The position numbers and the translations under genes were made by a program. Under the pieces are notes generated by a model. The model ran no database searches. It was not told the origin of the DNA and saw nothing but the letters and a program-made list of their open reading frames with translations. A stretch of DNA of 64,000 nt from an uncultured bacterium (GTDB taxonomy: Bacteria > Patescibacteriota > Minisyncoccia > Phycocordibacterales > Zambryskibacteraceae). The DNA is taken from NCBI GenBank assembly GCA_963789635.1, contig CAWBLF010000003.1:2372-66371 (forward strand), read 5' to 3'. Shown here piece by piece: positions 11,007 to 16,580 of this stretch (its first letter is position 1; each line of letters begins with the position of its first letter).

Positions 11007-11204
11007 TTACGCGCGTTGCACGTTCACTGCACTCATACCTTTTGGACCTTCTTCAGTTTCGAAAGAGACAGCGTCACCTTCGCGTAGCTCGTCAAACTGT
11101 ACGCCGACGAGGCCATTCTTGTGGAAGAAAAGATCTTTTGCAAGACCTTCTGCGGTGATGAAACCGAATCCTTGTTCTTTGAGGGTCTTAATAGTACCGG
11201 TCAT
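11007..11204 (-). CDS. cspA: Cold-shock domain protein
   Basis: MTGTIKTLKEQGFGFITAEG...FFH matches the CSD RNP1/RNP2 pattern (GFGFI, FFH). I chose the internal ATG at 11204 over the ORF-track start at 11243. Confidence 0.9.
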   Translation of the reverse strand: MTGTIKTLKEQGFGFITAEGLAKDLFFHKNGLVGVQFDELREGDAVSFETEEGPKGMSAVNVQRA

Positions 11205-11497
11205 TGAATGATTGTTTAAGATTAAATTACAAAAAGACGACAAAATCGACTACTTCTTCGAGCTTCTTTGTACTCTACAATACTATCATATCTCATATAA
11301 TTTGTCAACCCAAAAATCGTGGAGAGTAAATCGTTGAGCGTAAAACGTGTGTAATGGCTAGAAATATGGAATTTTGAGGCTATGGTATAATACCTGCATG
11401 CCCAAAGAAAAATCCGGATGGAAAAGAGCCAAAGCTCTATCAAACGTCCAAAAGACCACTGACTTTTTGATTAAGTCTAAAAAACGAGACAAGAAAA

Positions 11498-11521
11498 GAC
11501 CGGCCTAAGCCGGTTTTTTTG
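11498..11521. terminator. Strong GC hairpin flanked by A-run and T-run (bidirectional terminator-like), orphan between divergent csp and smpB
   Basis: gaccggc-ctaa-gccggt followed by ttttttt, with an A-run upstream. A mirror copy lies at ~566-590. Confidence 0.5.
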
Positions 11522-11541
11522 AATTCTGCTATCATGTTTGT

Positions 11542-11985
11542 ATGAGTCTTATCCAAAACAAAAAGGCGCATTTTAATTATGAAATTACAGAAAAGCTCGA
11601 AGCCGGTATCGAGCTTATCGGCCTTGAAGTAAAAAGCTTGAGGAAAGGGCAGGGCAACCTTGAGGGTTCGCATGTCACCATCCGAGGCAAGGAAGCGTAC
11701 CTGATAGGTATGCAAATTCCGCCATTTCAAAGCGCCAATACACCGGAAAGTTACAATCCGACTCGCAACCGCCGACTATTACTGACCAAGAAAGAGCTCA
11801 AAGAATTGGAAGGGGTGGAGCATCAAAAAGGATTGACAATCGTGCCTATTTCGGTGTATAATAAAGGTAGAAAATTGAAAGTAGAGCTCGGTATCGCCCG
11901 CGGTAAGAAAAGGTTTGATAAACGTCAGACTATAAAGAAACGCGAGACAGACCGAGAGACAAGACGCACTTTGAAATATGAATAA
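11542..11985 (+). CDS. smpB: SsrA-binding protein SmpB
   Basis: 147 aa with NKKAHFNYEI..LEAGIELIGLEVKS..., typical of SmpB. The tmRNA gene lies 390 nt downstream. Confidence 0.95.
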   Translation: MSLIQNKKAHFNYEITEKLEAGIELIGLEVKSLRKGQGNLEGSHVTIRGKEAYLIGMQIPPFQSANTPESYNPTRNRRLLLTKKELKELEGVEHQKGLTIVPISVYNKGRKLKVELGIARGKKRFDKRQTIKKRETDRETRRTLKYE

Positions 11986-11990
11986 CATGT

Positions 11991-12259
11991 ATGCCCTACT
12001 CTGTTTACATATTGCTGAGTAGCAGGGACAAGAAGTTGTATGTTGGTTGCACATCTGATGTTGAAAAAGATTGGCAACTCACAACAATGGACTGGTGCCT
12101 GCGACTCAGCGTCGCCGACCGCTAGAATTGATTCACATGGAAAAGTTTGATGACAAAGGTCAGGCCTTCCAACGTGAGCGATTCCTGAAAAGTTTATGGT
12201 CGGCGAGAGAGAAAAAGAAAATTCTCAAAGAATATTTACACAGAGTAGGGCGTAACTAA
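11991..12259 (+). pseudogene. GIY-YIG nuclease family gene interrupted by a -1 frameshift in an A5 run (12064-12068)
   Basis: Frame 1 reads MPYSVYILLSSRDKKLYVGCTSDVEK. It continues in another frame (ORF 12071-12259) as (R)LATHNNGLVPATQRRRPLELIHMEKFDDKGQAFQRERFLKS, the usual GIY-YIG/URI layout. Confidence 0.6.
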
Positions 12260-12371
12260 TTTGTAATACACAAATTTTGTTTGCCCTACCATTATGTGAC
12301 AGGGTGATCTGGGGCTAAAACATCTGCAGTAGCAGATGTTCGCCCGATCATTTTGTACTCAAAATGATTTA

Positions 12372-12772
12372 GGGAGTGATCGGCCTAGACAGTAGGATTC
12401 ATTTGGAATATGCAGGAGAGAGCTGTGGTGACTCTAAAATCCGCCACAAAGACTAACTGCAAACAGCACAGTCGCACGAGCAAACGTTTCTCCATATTTT
12501 GGAGCTAACGATTTTGCTTTCGCTTACGCTTCGGCCTAAACGACGTCAACTCTTACAAAGTCTGTAAGCAAGATGTTGGTGGAATAATGACGGACTCTAG
12601 AACACAACCGCTTCGGTGTGTTCTGAACTGTAGAAGCTCGGCATAATGAGGTTTTGTTTACTTCCTACTCATTACGCTCAAATCTGTCTTCGACAGGTGA
12701 AATAAACTAACTCTTGTAGAAATATTTCAAATACCTTATTGCACCGCGGTTCGATTCCGCGCACTTCCACCA
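12372..12772 (+). ncRNA. ssrA: tmRNA (ssrA), one-piece form
   Basis: The 5' GGGAGUG pairs perfectly with the 3' CACUUCC, including G3:U70. T-arm is CGCGG-UUCGAUU-CCGCG, followed by ACCA. A candidate tag ORF starts at GCA 12459 and ends ...FAYASA with TAA at 12537-12539. Adjacent to smpB. Confidence 0.8.
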
Positions 12773-12919
12773 GCAAAATGATGCCGCTCGAAAGAGCGGT
12801 TTTCATTTTGCTGGTGGAAGCTATTCTAGGAATCGAACGGCCGGAGCGCGACGGCGCGAGACGGGGTCGCGGAAATTTTTAGCAAAAAATTATCCGTGAC
12901 TCATTCCGCGCACTTCCAC
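12773..12919 (+). repeat. tRNA/tmRNA-end-associated element, copy A (appended to the tmRNA 3' end)
   Basis: 17-nt direct repeat attccgcgcacttccac at 12754-12770 and 12903-12919. 18-bp hairpin 12764-12781/12803-12820. Inverted T-loop copy at 12829-12838. GC-rich core at 12839-12880 shared with copies B, C and E. Confidence 0.55.
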
Positions 12920-13085
12920 AAAAATAAGGAACATAGTGACTATATTTTTGTAGGATACCGCTGTACTCAGTGGTGCCACTTCCAGTTGTGTTTTCTAATA
13001 CTTTTTACAGTGTTGATAGTTCGGTGTATAATCCATTTGGAAAGACGTTGAAAGTTCTTCATAACAACAATCAGGGAGAATCTAT

Positions 13086-13436
13086 ATGGCCACCTCGCTC
13101 TGTAAGGTTTCTTCTGACCCAAAACTTACCAAAGAGGCTCAATTTGAATTGGATTGCGTGACTATCGCGGGACTGATTGGTTTCATTTCTGAAGCAATCT
13201 TTTTAGCTTTTCGGATTAACGAGATCGTGGGGGTATTCTGGGCGGTACTGTTCGCCATCCTAACCGTTTTCATTCTTGGATTCTTACGGTTGCGACTGCT
13301 CTTGTTGTTTTCAGTGCCGTCTGAACAAGGTTCGGTACTTTTGACAAGTACCCGTCACACAATTGAATTGTTTGCCGTAGTATTTCCCATCTTCATCTGG
13401 TTTTTGGTATCTGTTTATGTTTTAAAAATTCTGTAG
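13086..13436 (+). CDS. Hypothetical small membrane protein
   Basis: 116-aa ORF with 3 hydrophobic segments. No motif recognised. Confidence 0.35.
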   Translation: MATSLCKVSSDPKLTKEAQFELDCVTIAGLIGFISEAIFLAFRINEIVGVFWAVLFAILTVFILGFLRLRLLLLFSVPSEQGSVLLTSTRHTIELFAVVFPIFIWFLVSVYVLKIL

Positions 13437-13532
13437 GATTCAGTAGCACTGCCTAGCCGCCCGTGAAAACGAGCGGCTATGTTTTGCAAATTTTCCAAAA
13501 TCCACTATACTTTCAGTACTTTTTGGTGATAT

Positions 13533-15488
13533 ATGCCCACAAAACCCAATAAACAAAGCCCTAAAAAGCAACCCAACGGTCTTTTCCCGGGAAATTGGAA
13601 CAAAAGGCCCAACGGCTCAGGTTCTTTGGTTCGGAATATTATTTCCACCATTCTTATTTTTTTGATTCTTTCCAGCATTTATTCGCTCATTCTCGGCAAC
13701 CAAAGCACTGTCCAGACAATTCCAATCTCCCAATTGGCCGGTGATATTATTTCCGGCGGAGTGAAGACGGTCACAGTGACAGGAGATAATTTGGATGTTG
13801 TCTATACAAACGGGGCAGATAAGCAGTCGCAGAAAGAAGCGGGTGTGGCGCTCACCCAAACTCTTGTCGATTATGGCGTGACTCCGGCGGAATTGGCGAA
13901 AGTCAGTATCAATGTCGGCAACGATCGGGGAATCGGATTTTGGCTTCTCAATTTCGGGCCAACCATCATATCTATTCTTTTTGTTTTATTTTTTGTTTGG
14001 TTTCTTTCAAGACAAGTCAAAGGCGCAGGCATGCAAGCATTTACCTTCGGTCAATCCAAGGCTAGAATCACGGCTCCTGATGATAAAAAACAAAGGGTGA
14101 CATTCAAAGATGTCGCTGGAGCCAAAGAAGCCAAGCAGGAACTTTCTGAAATTGTAGATTTTTTAAAAAGTCCGAAAAAGTTTTTGGAAATTGGTGCAGT
14201 CATACCTAAAGGCGTGCTCCTTATGGGCGCACCCGGCACCGGCAAGACTTTGCTTGCTCGCGCCGTAGCGGGGGAAGCATCTGTCGCATTCTTCTCTATT
14301 TCGGGTTCGGAGTTTGTGGAAATGTTTGTCGGTGTCGGAGCCTCGCGGGTGCGTGATCTTTTCCAACTGGCCAAGCGCGCGGCGCCAGCCATTATTTTTG
14401 TAGATGAAATTGACGCAGTTGGAAGAGTTCGCGGGGTGGGAGCTGGCGGAGGCAATGACGAACGTGAACAAACGTTGAACCAGATTCTTGTGGAAATGGA
14501 CGGCTTTGAGCCCAATGAAAAAGTGATTGTCATGGCGGCGACCAACAGACCGGATGTTCTAGACCCGGCGCTTCTTCGCCCGGGACGATTTGATCGTCGA
14601 GTGACTATTGATTTGCCGGACCGCAATGACCGGGAAGAAATTTTGCAAATCCATTCACGCAAGAAGCCTTTTGCAGAAGACGTGAACCTACGAGTGATTG
14701 CAGAGCGTACCCCTGGTTTTTCTGGTGCAGATTTATATTCGCTGATGAACGAAGGGGCGATACTGGCGGCACGCGAAAATCGGCAGAAAGTTTCTCAATA
14801 CGACCTTGTGCGTTCTATTGAGAAAGTAATGCTCGGTCCCGAGCGCAAAAGTCATTTGCTTTCCAAAAAAGAAAAAGAAATTACCGCTTACCATGAAGCT
14901 GGACACGCGCTAGTGTCTTCGGTATTGGAACATTCAGACCCGGTGCACAAAATTTCTATCATTTCCCGTGGTCGGGCGGCAGGTTATACACTCAATCTTC
15001 CTTTGGAAGACCGCAAGCTTCAGTCCAAGAAGGAATTTCTTGACGATATCGCTATGTCACTCGGTGGCTACGTGGCGGAAAAAATGATTTTTGGCGATAT
15101 CACCACCGGTCCTTCCAACGACCTGCAGGTTTCCACCGCTCTTGCCCGTGATATGGTAACAAAGTACGGGATGGCTGATGATATCGGTCCTATTGCTCTG
15201 GAGGGCCAGAGTGGGAGAACTCTTTTTGGAAAAGGCATTGACGACAAAGATTATTCCGAAAAAGTTGGCGCAAAAATTGACGAAGAAGTTTCTAAAATTA
15301 TGAATACGGCGCTTAGTCGAGCGGAGAGGGTGCTGACTGATCATCGAAAAGTGCTTGAGGCTATATCCAAACGTTTGATAGAAGTAGAAACAATTGAACG
15401 TGACGAGTTTGAATCAATACTTGTAGCGAATGGCATTGCTGTGAAGAGGTCACCTCATCCTACTGAAGACTTGGTGATAACGGGGTAG
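13533..15488 (+). CDS. ftsH: ATP-dependent zinc metalloprotease FtsH
   Basis: Walker A GAPGTGKT, Walker [10 protein letters not shown], second region of homology, and HEAGH zinc motif. Two N-terminal TM helices. Confidence 0.95.
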   Translation: MPTKPNKQSPKKQPNGLFPGNWNKRPNGSGSLVRNIISTILIFLILSSIYSLILGNQSTVQTIPISQLAGDIISGGVKTVTVTGDNLDVVYTNGADKQSQKEAGVALTQTLVDYGVTPAELAKVSINVGNDRGIGFWLLNFGPTIISILFVLFFVWFLSRQVKGAGMQAFTFGQSKARITAPDDKKQRVTFKDVAGAKEAKQELSEIVDFLKSPKKFLEIGAVIPKGVLLMGAPGTGKTLLARAVAGEASVAFFSISGSEFVEMFVGVGASRVRDLFQLAKRAAPAIIFVDEIDAVGRVRGVGAGGGNDEREQTLNQILVEMDGFEPNEKVIVMAATNRPDVLDPALLRPGRFDRRVTIDLPDRNDREEILQIHSRKKPFAEDVNLRVIAERTPGFSGADLYSLMNEGAILAARENRQKVSQYDLVRSIEKVMLGPERKSHLLSKKEKEITAYHEAGHALVSSVLEHSDPVHKISIISRGRAAGYTLNLPLEDRKLQSKKEFLDDIAMSLGGYVAEKMIFGDITTGPSNDLQVSTALARDMVTKYGMADDIGPIALEGQSGRTLFGKGIDDKDYSEKVGAKIDEEVSKIMNTALSRAERVLTDHRKVLEAISKRLIEVETIERDEFESILVANGIAVKRSPHPTEDLVITG

Positions 15489-15542
15489 AGAAGTTGTATA
15501 ATTTGAATAAGTAAATACAGGGTAAAAAATTAAGAAAACAAA

Positions 15543-15833
15543 ATGTCAGAAGAGGGAATAAAAAAATATGAGAGCCATGAAGAAAGGGAAGCTCGTTTGG
15601 AAAGGGAAGGATTTGTTCATTTCGGAGTTGTAGCACGAGATATACTGCAACAGCAATCTCAATATGCGAGTCGTTATGTGGACGGTGAAATTCCTGGTTA
15701 TCCAAATTTAGGAGAAGGATTGCGTTTTGATGGTCACGCATACGACTATCATTCTCTGGCAATTCATAAGGATGATGTGGAAGAATTTGTAAGACGAGTG
15801 AAGGAATATAAAAAATCTAGAAGTTTTGAATAA
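15543..15833 (+). CDS. Hypothetical protein
   Basis: 96-aa acidic ORF followed by a terminator. No motif recognised. Confidence 0.4.
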   Translation: MSEEGIKKYESHEEREARLEREGFVHFGVVARDILQQQSQYASRYVDGEIPGYPNLGEGLRFDGHAYDYHSLAIHKDDVEEFVRRVKEYKKSRSFE

Positions 15834-15842
15834 AAAACAAAA

Positions 15843-15865
15843 ACGACCCAGAAAGGTCGTTTTTT
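15843..15865. terminator. Bidirectional intrinsic terminator between convergent genes
   Basis: acgacc-cagaaa-ggtcgt followed by ttttt, with an A-run upstream. Confidence 0.65.
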
Positions 15866-15886
15866 GTTTTGCTAGCTAAAATGAAA

Positions 15887-16114
15887 CTATGCGTTTCCCG
15901 GTGTTGGGCTATTTTTTGCGTTGCAAATTTTGCAGTTTGCCTTGTGCGTGAAAAGTTCATACAACGCAGAGAGACCGACAACGATGTAAATAACTTTTGT
16001 AATGATGCTATCTGCTCCTATCCAATCTCCGATGCCCTGACCGATTACTCCGATCAAAAGCCAGTTTAGACCTCCGATGATTAGGAGAATCCAAGCTACC
16101 ATGTGTAATTTCAT
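15887..16114 (-). CDS. DUF378-like small membrane protein
   Basis: 75 aa. The pattern WILLIIGGLNWLLIG...VIYIVVGLSALY is typical of DUF378. Confidence 0.65.
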   Translation of the reverse strand: MKLHMVAWILLIIGGLNWLLIGVIGQGIGDWIGADSIITKVIYIVVGLSALYELFTHKANCKICNAKNSPTPGNA

Positions 16115-16277
16115 AATGTTCTATAATATTACTAATAAATAATTGCCTGCTTCTATTGTATCAAAAAATAAACGTATTGTGGCAGTTCTCCACAGGTAAA
16201 ATCATTTGCTTGTCGATAGGTATAAATTAGCTCTAAAAAGGGCTATTATGCTATAGTTTTAGGGGTTTCCTCACATT

Positions 16278-16526
16278 CCGCCCTTAGCTCAGTTGGTTAG
16301 AGCACAGAGCTTATAATTACTAGCGAGAGGAGAAATTGTAAGCTATGCTTACATATTTCAACCGAGCGACGTAATTATATGAAAGTGTTTTTGGTGCGAG
16401 TATAGCTCAGTTGGTAGAGCGCCGAGCTTATACCTCGGTGGTCCTAGGTTCGAATCCTAGTACTCGCACCAAAAACGTTTCCATATACCTCTGCGGTCCT
16501 TGGTTCGAATCCAAGAGGGCGGACCA
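16278..16526 (+). tRNA. tRNA-Ile(UAU) gene split after position 37 by a 172-nt insert (16316-16487)
   Basis: The 5' half CCGCCCT-TA-GCTC..GAGC-A-CAGAG-CTTATA and the 3' half C-CTCTG-CGGTC-CTTGG-TTCGAAT-CCAAG-AGGGCGG-A-CCA form a perfect cloverleaf only when joined. Confidence 0.55.
16396..16471 (+). tRNA. tRNA-Ile(UAU), complete with encoded CCA, nested inside the split tRNA
   Basis: GCGAGTA/TACTCGC acceptor, canonical D and T arms, anticodon loop CTTATAC. Flanks gtttttggt/accaaaaac extend the acceptor helix to 16 bp. Confidence 0.8.
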
Positions 16527-16548
16527 ATATATTCTGACGAAGGTCTTC

Positions 16549-16570
16549 TGACGGACATCCGACGCCGTCA
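16549..16570. repeat. Degenerate copy of the GGACRTCGGAYGTCC palindrome family
   Basis: tgacggacatccgacgccgtca differs at three positions from the perfect palindrome tgacggacgtcggacgtccgtca at 20759-20781. Confidence 0.4.
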
Positions 16571-16580
16571 TAAGATTAAG

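Larger units (their letters stand above)
1..12083. repeat. Large imperfect inverted duplication (fold-back palindrome): decayed left arm 1-5458 mirrors intact right arm 5585-12083, with a 126-nt unique loop at 5459-5584
   Basis: ORF-track pairs encode the same protein on opposite strands (30-332+/11779-12054-, 248-541-/11542-11985+, 3525-3758-/7284-8480+, 5226-5420+/5624-5821-). Hand alignment shows reverse-complement identity interrupted by scattered substitutions and 1-3-nt indels. Confidence 0.9.

Noticed and set aside
1-12083. The palindrome as a simple MDA or assembly fold-back chimera
   Set aside because: Chimeric fold-backs made during amplification or assembly should have identical arms. 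Here the arms differ by many substitutions and indels and by a ~970-bp deletion. An artefact joining two diverged variants is still possible and is listed as an alternative in the finding.
12310-12371. GGGGCUA at 12311 as the tmRNA 5' end
   Set aside because: It pairs poorly with the 3' CACUUCC strand (two mismatches). GGGAGUG at 12372 pairs perfectly and gives G3:U70. The 12318-12369 segment is better explained as two intergenic hairpins.
14051-14662. Long antisense or overlapping ORFs inside well-supported genes (14051-14662 in ftsH, 26939-27433 in pilB, 47230-47730 in ftsZ, 55105-55659 in rpsA, 46061-46480 in trxB, 37626-37997 in ligA, and others)
   Set aside because: They lie entirely within genes that have strong motif support on the other strand or frame. 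Their composition is low-complexity or Ser/Arg-rich, typical of shadow ORFs.
16316-16487. The insert in tRNA-Ile as a self-splicing group I intron
   Set aside because: It is only 172 nt, of which 76 nt are a complete tRNA. I could not find P/Q/R/S-like core pairings, and the insertion point (37/38) is not the usual bacterial group I site. This is not formally excluded without a covariance search.
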